Positions 53,621 through 64,000 of a stretch of 64,000 nucleotides of DNA are shown here, one piece after another. Under the pieces are notes generated by a model, which had not been told where the DNA came from, did no database searches, and saw nothing but the letters and a program-made list of their open reading frames with translations. Where the stretch lies: NCBI GenBank assembly GCA_951406725.2, contig OX597815.1:112282001-112346000 (forward strand), in the 5' to 3' direction. The stretch comes from Octopus vulgaris (lineage: Eukaryota). Within the stretch, counting starts at the first letter, position 1. Each line of letters opens with the position of its first letter. Position numbers and translations under genes: made by a program.

Positions 53621-55340
53621 GTGATTGCGACGGAAAACAAGAAAATAAAGGATGTGAATACCAAACTACAGTTAGACACAGGTAATGACATCTCGATTAT
53701 AAATGCGGATACTTGGAAAAAAATAGGTAAAGCGAGATTACGTAAAACAGCTAAAATAGCGTGTGATGTAACGGGCGATAAATTCCATTTCATGGGTAAA
53801 AAATATATCGATGTTACATTTCGAGGAGAGACACTTGAAGCAAAATTATTCGTAGTGGATAATACAATCAGTTTGGGACAAATTGGTTAGAAATATTCGA
53901 TTTATGGTACCTCCCCATAAATCTTTACTTCAATAACATGAATGGTTGTCCCGTTAAAAACAACTCTTCGGAAGAACTGAACAAAAAAGTTGAAAAAATG
54001 TTCCTGCAAGTGTTATCAGAGGATGTAGTCTTATATAGAAAGAAGGAAGCCTATTTTCAAGTAAGCGAAAACGCTGTATCTGTATTTAAAGCAAAGAGAA
54101 AATTAACGTTCGCGGCAATTAAGACCCTAAATGAAGAGTTGGACAGACTCGAAAGGAGTGGAGTCATCAAAATGGTGGATTACCCAAAGTGGGTGGCACC
54201 CACGGTATGTATTTAAAAGAATCATAAGATTAGTTTATGTGCTGATTTCTCTACAGTATTGTACGGCTGCTTTAAAAATACCACTATCCATTCCCGACTG
54301 TAGAGGACATTTTTTCAAAGTTAAATGCTGGAAAAAAACTTTTCCAGATTAAAATCTGTCTGACGTTTGTTTAAAATAAATGAAAAATGCTCAAAATATT
54401 TGACAGGGGATTGTACAGATACAAATGACTACCTTTTGGATTGTGGCACAAGCAATATTCCAGAAAATCATGGATACTATGTTATCCTATTGTGAATTTT
54501 CTATCCAGTACTTGGATGATATTTTTATCAAGACTAATTCTCGTGAACTGCATGTGAAACACATGAAAGCTATGTTTAAGGAAATGGAAGTTTTGGGGGT
54601 CACCTTGAGCGAAGAAAAATGCGAATTCTATCTACAAAAAATTAAGTACTTAGGGCAAATAATTGATAAAAAGTGGTAGACATCCTGACCCGTCGAGGGC
54701 AGATGCAATAATGAATATGCCTACGCCAACAAATATTCCAAATTTATAAGCATTTCTTGAGTTGTCAAACTATTACCAAAGCTACATTCCTAATATGCAC
54801 AAGTTAAGAGCTCCATTGAACGACTCATTAAAAACAAGATGAAATGGTCCAGTAAATGCCAGAACATTTTTGAAGAAAGGATAACAATTCTATCAAACTT
54901 GCCGTTAGCACATTGCCATCCCGAAATGAACATCACTGTAGAGTCTGATGGCTCCGAGCACGGATTGGATGCAATTCTATTACATAAATACGAAGACGGA
55001 AGTACAAAACCAGTTGTTCATATTTCGCACTCGCTAATAGCGACAGAGAAGCGATATAGTCAAGTTGAAAAGGATTAAAAAAAGTCACAGGTTTCTGCAT
55101 GGCATAAGTTTTTCATTGTAAACGGACCATACACCTTTGGTTTCGGTTTATGGGCCTAAAAAGGGTTACCGATTCATACAGCGAAAGGGAAAAAAACATT
55201 TGAGTGTAATATTACTAAATAATAATTTTAAAATGCAATACATTCCATCGAAAAAAATATCGGTCATGCAGACTACATTTTGGAGATTAATTTCAAAAAG
55301 TATGGAACCACTAGAAGACATTGTTATAGCCACACTATAG
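53621..55340 (+). mobile_element. Gypsy/Ty3 pol relic (protease, RT, RNase H)
   Basis: LQLDTGNDISII; WVAPTVCI; AIFQKIMDTML...YLDDIFI...IKYLG; ESDGSEHGLDAIL...YSQVEK; TDHTPL. Confidence 0.9.
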
Positions 55341-55379
55341 ACAGGAAATGAAATTAAAATTGTTATACATTATTTACAA

Positions 55380-55603
55380 GTGACGCACATTTATCCTCAT
55401 CTTCTGTGTTGTTAACACAAAGTTTCGGCTGATATACCCTCCAGCCTTCATCATATGTATTGGCGAAATTTCGAGCCTGGTTTCTCATTCCTAAGGTATT
55501 TTTCGATGTTGTTATTAATATTATTATTCAGGTCACTGCCTGGAATCGAACTCGAAATCTTAGGGTTAGTAGCCCACGCTCTTAACCACTACGCCATATG
55601 CCC
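55380..55603 (-). mobile_element. Short element with a tRNA-like Pol III head (55535-55603) and a downstream hammerhead motif (55415-55458)
   Basis: Head TGGCGTAGTGG (A box)...GAGTTCGATTCC (B box); acat ATGATGA a-ggctg..cagcc GAAA ct TT gtgt. Confidence 0.65.
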
Positions 55604-55699
55604 ATGAGCAGTTATGGAGTTAATTTTAGGGCATCTTTCAGTTTTCGTATTTTCCATTGGTCCTTTCTGTATATTATTTTAACTTCATCCGACAGGTGG

Positions 55700-56250
55700 A
55701 GATCGTCTCCATTTTTCCACATATGATCAGCTATACCCGATTTATCAGTAGATATAGAAACCCTTGCTCCAGATTGAGTTGCATGTCGAACAAAGGTGTG
55801 GAGTGGAATGAAATCATTTGAAGAGGCCAGGATAAATCAACTAAGACTCAAATGAGATCTAAGGAAGACTGTAACAATCGACGTGAATGATAATGACCTT
55901 ATTGTGTACACAGTCTGTGACAGACCATGCCTGTCTTTGGCTGGCCTCAAATCTCATCTGCGAACGCATGGAAAACAAACCCCCACCAACTATTCTACCT
56001 ATGTATCTGTGCACACCTTTGAATGCAGTGTATGCTTGAAGGTTTGCAAATCCAAAGGAGGCCTCAAAAGACATTTTAAGATCCACAAAGGGCAGAACTT
56101 ATCTTCAGTTTTTCGTGGTCCAAATCAGAGGTGCAATCTATATAAGTGTCTTTTGGGAACATTGTCTGGTTTCAAAAGCCACATCAGATGCCCTGATGGT
56201 GCTAAAGTACAGGAGGTGTTCAAACTCTGCTATCGGTTACGACGACGAGT
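55700..56250 (+). mobile_element. RTE-like LINE 3' end with three C2H2-like fingers
   Basis: VWSGMKSFEEAR, then VCDRPCLSLAGLKSHLRTH, CSVCLKVCKSKGGLKRHFKIH and a degenerate third finger. Confidence 0.65.
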
Positions 56251-56259
56251 ATCCCAGCT

Positions 56260-56476
56260 GATACGGTTAACGGAAGAGCCTGCTCGTGAAATTAGCGTGC
56301 AAGCGTTTGAGCACAGACACGTGTACCCCTAGCGTAATTCTCAGGGAGTTTCAGCTGAGTGGACTGGAGCAAGGTGCCATAAAGTCTCTTGCTCAAGGAC
56401 ACAACGCCTTGCCGGGAATAAATCTCACGACCTTACGATCGTCACCCGAATGCCCTAACCACTAAGCCACGCGCCT
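56260..56476 (-). mobile_element. Second tRNA-derived SINE family
   Basis: Minus head ggcgcgtggcttagtggttagggcattc...cccggcaaggcgttgtgtccttgagcaag. Confidence 0.75.
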
Positions 56477-56511
56477 TCTCTATATGCATATATATATTTC
56501 TCTCCTTCTCT

Positions 56512-56907
56512 CTTTTACTTGTTTCAGTCATTTGACTGCGGCCATGCTGGAGCACCGCCTTTATCGAGCAAATCGACCCTAGAACTTATTCTTTGTAAGC
56601 CTAGTACATATTCTATCGGTCTCTTTTCCCAAACGGCTAAGTTACGGGGACGAAACACACCAGCATCGTTTGTCAAGCGATGTTGGAGAGACAAGCACAG
56701 ACACACAAACATATACACACACATACATATATATATATATGCATATATACGACGGGTGTCTTTCATTTTCCGTCTATCAAATCCACTCATACGGCTTCGG
56801 TCGGCCCGAGGCTATAGTAGAGGATACTTTCCCAAGGTCCCACGCAGTGGGACTGTACCGGGAACCATGTGGTTGATAAGCAAGCTATTTACTACACAGC
56901 CACTCCT
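56512..56907 (-). mobile_element. tRNA-derived SINE, full length
   Basis: Same structure as 39794-40193. Confidence 0.9.
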
Positions 56908-57228
56908 GTAACATAGGATAAAATTGAGATACATAATGCTGACCAAGCTCGAAGGAATTATTCATCATGTAGAATGTTCACGTTTGCGCCGGAGTGTACT
57001 GTAATATATACATACATACATACATATATATATTTCAATATATATATATATATATATATATATATTGAAATATAGAGATAACTCATTTTTAAAATATTCT
57101 GTTAGCTTGCTTTCTTCGATTTCAGCAGAACGTGTATTCATAGTGACGTATGTTGTATGTGGTGATTGACGATTTAAAGTCTATTTCTCAGCATATTGGC
57201 ATAGAAGTTTTTCTTTTCATTTATTTAT

Positions 57229-57267
<39 letters not shown>

Positions 57268-57600
57268 ACACGCATACATAGGCATATATATAGACATGAG
57301 TAGTGTGGCTTGCGTCATAGATTATATGTAACAAATCAAATAAAGAAATATATTTATATATATATATTGAGCATGTTTCTTTGTCAGTGCTATTACTTCC
57401 ATGTCACTATATGGCGTGTGTTTGTGTGGGTTTGTTGTTTGTGTGCGCTTGTATATGAAAGCATCCGTGTTTATAAGTATGAATGATCTGCAATATGCGT
57501 CATTCTTACAGTACACTCCAGCGCAAACATGAGCAGTCTACATGATGAATTATTCGTTCTAGTTCGGTCAGCATTGTATATCTGAATTATTCTATGTTAC
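56908..57600. repeat. MITE-like element with ~95-bp diverged terminal inverted repeats
   Basis: 56908-57004 vs revcomp of 57506-57600 (attcatcatgtaga..gtttgcgc.ggagtgtactgtaa). Confidence 0.75.
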
Positions 57601-58943
57601 TGCATAACAGTGTGGACTGTGTTTTTTCAATACGATAATTGCGTAGCAGAATGAGAAATGGAATAGCTACAATAGTGGGTATTAAATATATATGGCGCTC
57701 TCGGTATAGTCTACACGACTTATCATTGACTGCATTATTCTACAAGACTTTGACAGACAGTAAATTAGTATTTAATGTACACAATACGGAGACCAAAAAC
57801 TGAATAACACATTCATATCTCCAGTCAAAACCACTGCATATCCTGGGTCTTTTTATTGCTGTCACAGCAATAAAAATTATAAAATTCAATGAAAATTTCC
57901 AGATATGGTATATTGACGTAATTTTCTCAGGCTGAGTACGATTTTGTGATTCATTTGTTCAGGAAAATATTTAGAAAAAATGTTACCCATTTTAGTAAAC
58001 AAAATTTGGAAGCTGGCATTTTCTGTGTGATAGCTGCCTGTTATAAAATGAGAACAAAACCATTGCGACGACGGAGTTTTAATAAGTTTTAATGAATACG
58101 GTCATGTGAAACGTTAGAACAGGCATTTACATAATTTATGAAGGACAAATTACAGTAAAGAAACCAAACTGTACATTAGGATTCGGGTTAGCGCTCTGGA
58201 TTAGGGATTACGATAGGGTTAAATTTTTGGGTTAGGTGTTAGTTTTTGAGAAAGGGCTAGGGTTTGACTCACTGTCGAAGAAAATACAAAGGCTAAAAGA
58301 AAATGCATGTGGTAGTGATTTTGTTTCGTGCAATAGACTAAAGCTTCGCATGTTACGATGCAAACCAACACCTTTGTGTCTGTGGATTTACTAAAATTAC
58401 CCAAAATTTGCAGATTTCAACAACTACTAAAATTCATTTATTAATTTATGGTGAAAAGGAATTTCATTTTCAGAATTAGCCTATAAAACTGAATCGGCCA
58501 CCAAATTTGGAATAAAATCAATGGAAATCTGACAACAGAAAACACCCGTTCTCCTCTCTACATAGAATTTAGAAATGTTAAAGTCAAATGAAATATCGAA
58601 ATCTAGTTTACATAAGAAATTGTGAGCTAAAGTAAGGTCATTTGTATAACCATAATATGAACAAATTTCGGACCAATAAAATCAATTCTATCATTTGCTC
58701 ATGCACATGCATCCATGCAAAAGTTTATACAAATTGATGGAAGTTAAGCAAAATATGATTTTCACTTGAAAAGGCATATTTTTATTCTCGAATGAGACAA
58801 CTGGGCGTAGATGTCTGGTTGACTGCAATTTATTACGGCGAGTGAATATTACAATTGTTTTGGTGAGAGTACTTAGTGCAGGCAAATGCACGCGCACTCG
58901 TACATAAATCAATACTCAAAGATAGCCATTGATAGATAAATAT

Positions 58944-58983
<40 letters not shown>

Positions 58984-59370
58984 GAGTAGAAAGTCATTGC
59001 AGTTTATTTATGGAACATGACTGACATAAACACTTTCCCTCACTTCATGCACATAAAAAGAAATATACTCACACAAAAACTAAGAGAGGCGGAGAGAGAG
59101 AACAAGAGAAACATTAAAATGTCTGATAAAAAGATAAATAAGCGTCGAATCATCAGCTCAAACAGCTACAGCGAAAACGGCTGTGGCAGCATACGTCGTA
59201 CTTTGTTCATTCTATCTCAATGTCATACAAAATTAAATATTGACACGTAGATTACTTTGACTACGCGGTGGTTGAAATGGCTGGTGCCATGTCAAGTATA
59301 TTATCCATAAGTTCTTGAACCTCACACCCATGTGATTTGCTTACCCCGTCTGGCTTAATTATACTTATAC

Positions 59371-59429
59371 TGAGCGATTATATCGCTTAGTATCGTGAGT
59401 GATTATATCGTTTAGTATCGTGAGTGATT
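59371..59429. repeat. 25-bp tandem repeat, 2.4 copies
   Basis: tgagcgattatatcgcttagtatcg / tgagtgattatatcgtttagtatcg / tgagtgatt. Confidence 0.9.
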
Positions 59430-59499
59430 TTTATGTTTATGTTTGCGATCGGGAACAGAATTTGAGAATCCAAAACATCATTTTAGACGTATTTGAAAA

Positions 59500-60325
59500 A
59501 CGCAACTTATTGTTTGGATGTATGTTGTTTCATGCGATTAGCTCCATTGACATTTTGTTGAGAAAAGGGGGACTCTAGATTTCGGACTGATTCAACCGCA
59601 GGTGCCTTGTCATTCCAACAAAACGAGAGATTAAGTCGAATGGAACGAAAGCGAGTCGGGAACCTTCTGCGATCCGCTCTGGATCTCGACAATGGTGTTA
59701 AAAACAGCAATATTGGAGCTGCATTTTCCTTTTGAGGGAGAGATGTAAGTCTGCAAGTGCTAAAGCTGGTAATTAGAGTGGGTGTGGAAATGATACCATG
59801 TTATTTTTGGAGAGAAACTCACGCCGAATAGCCTCCCTCAAACGCTAGGAAACAACATAGTAAAACACTTGATTGACGGTCTGGCCCTGGAAGATGAATT
59901 CCCTTTGTACTATACCACATTTCCAGGAAAGACGCACGTTCCTGGTTTTCCAGATCGTTCATCGTCTTCTAGGGAGGTTCTTCTGCTTTTAAGACGTCCG
60001 TGCCACTCGAAACATATGCGTACGACCCTTTGTCTCGTCGTTGTAAAGTTGCCGAAACATGCTTAATGTCTCTACGGGAGACTGCCCAAGTTTAAAGCAA
60101 GTTTTCATGTTGGCTCTTTGTTCCTATCCATGACAAAATTACACACTACAGCATACACGTGATCACAAAAACACATATTTCACAAAGTCCAAGTAAACAC
60201 AGCGATGTCACTCAGCACACTGCCTCATGAATATCAGAACTAGTTCTCATTGCGCACGCAACTGTGTTCTGAAAATTTTGGCGCGCTACAGAACGAGTCC
60301 GGGAAATTTTTGACACCGTCTCGTA
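59500..60325 (-). mobile_element. mariner-like transposon relic (5' TIR + HTH region); left boundary uncertain
   Basis: Minus TIR tacgagacggtgtcaaaaaatttcccggact; FEWHGRLKSRRTSLEDDERSGKP. Confidence 0.75.
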
Positions 60326-60521
60326 TAGATTATTATTTTAAATTAATAGAGTCGACCCTGACATCAAAGTTTAATGAATTCAACTTCCACACGTTTAAGG
60401 TTAATAACTAAGTATTCTACTAAAAGTATTGAATAGGGCTTCAGTTGAATATGGAATTGCGTTTATTATAGCTCGACATAAATGAAAAATGTTATTATTA
60501 TCTAATATATATACACACATA

Positions 60522-60595
<74 letters not shown>

Positions 60596-60641
60596 TGTAT
60601 GTATGTATGTATGTATGTATGTATGTATGTATATATATGTA

Positions 60642-60681
<40 letters not shown>

Positions 60682-60685
60682 TATG

Positions 60686-60729
<44 letters not shown>

Positions 60730-62045
60730 AGAGACAGAGATAAAGAGAGAAACTCAAAATCATTAAAACTTTCGCTGGTGATCATGAACCGTCAGTCTAC
60801 GTGGTATCTTAATACAAATGGCAATTTTTATAGTTTCGGATACACCTATAACTTGTGAGTGAATGTATATAAACACAAACTGAATAGAAACATGTCGTGA
60901 AATTGTACAGGAAATTCGAAAAGTACAGATTTGCGCTATATATTGTGACACTTCACAGATTTTTCCTCAGAGGTACGAAATAGATGAGAATTATGATAAT
61001 AATGACGCATAGGGAAAGGAGAGAGGAGGGTGACGGGGAGAATAGGAGGAGGTGTACGACGAAGACAACGATGTCGAAGAGAAGAAAAGTGAAAGCAACC
61101 AACTAGTATTCTGGTAAGGACTTTTCTTGTTTGATAGTTGCTCGTTCTGTTTCCCTTTCTTTCCGAATATCATCAGAAGTACATCAGCGAGTGAAGATTT
61201 ATAACCACACCTATGTATACTACATATTTCGTGTTATGGAACTACGGAACTGGCAGTATTTTATTGTTATAGACACTCTTGATACTCCAAGTATTTCGCT
61301 TCCCTTTTTAAAAAAATATTTTGTATTTGTGCTGAACGTGGAGATTGTAAAACGGCGTTTTCTTCAACAACAGTAGTATAATCAAATGGATTGAAACGAA
61401 TGGAATCATGCTAAAATCAAAGAGAGATAACCAATAATTATCAGTACTAATGAAAACATTTATGTACAGTACTATTTTGGTAATCATTGTTTGGAGAACA
61501 ATATGTACGAAAGAATTGATAAAATCTGAGAGATAAGATCCCAAGTTTTAAATTGAGAAGGGCGAGACAGCAACTACCTATACTAGCATATCGATATCAA
61601 GTAAAGTGAAATGGAATTAAATAGAACCTTTCCAGAAGCAACATCCTTTCCCGTTTCACAAACGAGATAAATAACTGGAAGCCATTTGGAATATGAGGTG
61701 CAAACTGTTGGTGTACATGGTTGCTTGTTCACATGGGTTCCTTCCCCCTTTATCACAAGTATTAATCTTTGTCCAGCGGAATATCTATACATCCACTTCG
61801 AATTTATAAAATTATTTTGGGTATGTTTGTTTCACTCGAGTGTAAGATGTCCTTTACAATAAAAGGGGTGTACATTCATGGCAGCCTAAAACATATCAAT
61901 TTTCTATAGTATGTAGCCTGTTTTATTTGCAAGCAACACAAAAACCATGTGTGTGTGTGTGCGTGTGAGTGAGAGAATAATTGAGTGTGTGCATATACAT
62001 GTAGACACGCATATGCTCACATGCATATATACGTATGCATGTATG

Positions 62046-62092
<47 letters not shown>

Positions 62093-62188
62093 CATACATG
62101 CATACGTATATATATATATATATATATAAGTAAGGAAAATTTTTTTTAAAAATGCAGAATGCTCAAATGAAAGAAAATTTAACGGATT

Positions 62189-62239
62189 TTTGTCAGTGAA
62201 CAGGTCGCGGTCTTATAGCGACGAAAATATTTTGACAAA
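62189..62239 (+). ncRNA. Type I hammerhead motif, G3-C8 core variant, in a short element between (TA)-rich tracts
   Basis: tttgtca GTGAACA g-gtcgc..gcgac GAAA atat TT tgacaaa (7-bp stem I, 5-bp stem II). Confidence 0.75.
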
Positions 62240-62943
62240 TTAAACTTAAATGTTGAAGTGAATCGAACGGCTTTTGTGTGTTTCTTGAATGGCTTACAAA
62301 CACGCTGCAATTGTTTTCGTTCCAGCACACGATCTCAGATCAAATCACTTGCTATACAAGTACATCTCCGTAATATATATATATTATATATATTAATATA
62401 TATTAATATATATATTTAATATCCGAATATATATATATATATATATTCAGATATTAGATATTTCGTTACCATAAATAATAGATAATAGGCAGCAAGTGTT
62501 TTTTATACTTAAATGCTTATTCATTGACAGGCTTATCACATATTCAGCGCTCACTCTATATAAGATTTTGCCATATGCAGCCAATATTACAACATAACAA
62601 TATACTTAGGTGTAAACATCAACTGTATATATGATGAATTATTCACAATAATGCAGACATTGTTCTGTATCTCAGTTACACTGGTACAATTCTACTTAAT
62701 GTTGCGAACTGTCTTTTTCAATACCATAATTATATACTGTATATCTTTGACAGCGTAATCCTTCATGAATGCAACAAACTTCATAATCACGCTCACAGCA
62801 TTCAATTTAACAGCTAAACAGTTTATACGTGTTTGTGTTTGTGTGTCTGAGTGTGTCCTATGTGCGTGCATGTGTGCGTGTGTGCATATGTGTGTATGCG
62901 TGTGTGTGTGTGTATGTGTTTGTGTGTTTGTGTGTTTGTGTGT

Positions 62944-62996
<53 letters not shown>

Positions 62997-63438
62997 TGTG
63001 TGTGTGTGTGTTTGCGTGTATGTGCACGTCATGAATACAGGTCCTTTTTCGAAAGGACAATGAATAGCCATCCGTTCCCATGCATTTGAATTTAAATAAT
63101 GAGTCAAAGATTTATTTTCTCACCCTTTGTATGAAAAGCATCACAACTTGTCAGGAATTGTATTCTTATTTGCTTTTCGGTCCTCATATCCGTGCTGCTT
63201 TGTTTAGTCTTATGTGTCTACTTATAGTGATTTGAAATGTATAAAGGAAACTGAATTTTCTTGCTAATTATTACAACACCCTGTAACCGAGAAGATTGTG
63301 ACCCATTAACATGTCAGCAGGCGGTTAGATTCTGTATTGATTCAACTAATAATAGGTACGTTGTGCCGAAAAAACACATTCATCCATTTGAGAAAGACGA
63401 AATTCTTGATTTATGTGTTTTGCTTGTGTGTGTGAAAG

Positions 63439-63480
<42 letters not shown>

Positions 63481-63747
63481 CGCGTGTGTGTGCAGCTGTA
63501 TGCAATAAACTTCGAAGTCAAGGTCACTCTTTTCCTCGAAAAGTATATCTATTTCGACAACTAAAATGTATTGAGTACTGCCTCAGATTAACGTGAGATT
63601 TCTCATAAAAACAAACATTGATACCCTCCACGCATGCACATATATATTTGTATGTGTATGTATACACACACACACACATATATGTATGCATGCATGTATG
63701 TAAAAAAGAATTATATATAACAAGGGCGCTTCTTTTTAAATGACAAC

Positions 63748-63982
63748 AGCTTTGCTAAATATAGGAGTAAAAACACTCCAAAGCCACAAAATTAACATTT
63801 TATTTACACTAGTGTGGGTGCAAAAACATTAAAGTGAAATAAGGATTGCGTTTTACCTCTGTATTTTTTGAGAGGTAAGACGCAATCCTTATTTCACTTA
63901 ATTTTTTCCATCCATGCACGTGCAAATATAATGTTAACTTTTCAGGCTTGGGAGTGTTTTAACTCCTCTATTTAGCAAAGCT
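63748..63982. repeat. Foldback/MITE-like hairpin with ~110-bp arms
   Basis: aagtgaaataaggattgcgttttacctct / agaggtaagacgcaatccttatttcactt; agctttgctaaat / atttagcaaagct. Confidence 0.9.
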
Positions 63983-64000
63983 AGTGTGTTTTCAAAATAA

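Noticed and set aside
55535-55603. Functional tRNA gene
   Set aside because: Acceptor and T stems pair poorly; better explained as a repeat-associated tRNA-derived head
58175-58265. TTAGGG-like degenerate run
   Set aside because: Too irregular to call interstitial telomeric repeat
60748-60800. Minus-strand CTGACGG...GAAA
   Set aside because: Stems I-III do not pair

Overview
AT-rich, microsatellite-dense animal genomic DNA. The SINE and transposon content resembles Octopus (inferred from family recognition, not from a search). I found no convincing host protein-coding gene, and most listed ORFs are translations of (TA)n/(CA)n/(GAT)n repeats. The window is a mosaic of transposon relics: R4/Dong, RTE and CR1-group LINEs (one near full length), Penelope-like elements (PLEs) with GIY-YIG, hAT, maT-like and mariner DNA transposons, a Gypsy pol relic, tRNA-derived SINEs and many foldbacks. 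The main unannotated signal is about 16 minimal type I hammerhead-ribozyme (HHR) motifs (stem I-CUGANGA-stem II-GAAA-palindromic stem III-UH), found by eye, of varying quality, mostly near (TA)n tracts or inside inverted duplications. Different families show C3-G8, U3-A8, G3-C8 and probably A3-U8 at the known 3-8 core pair. One motif lies downstream of a tRNA-like Pol III head. All parses are manual and no activity is demonstrated.
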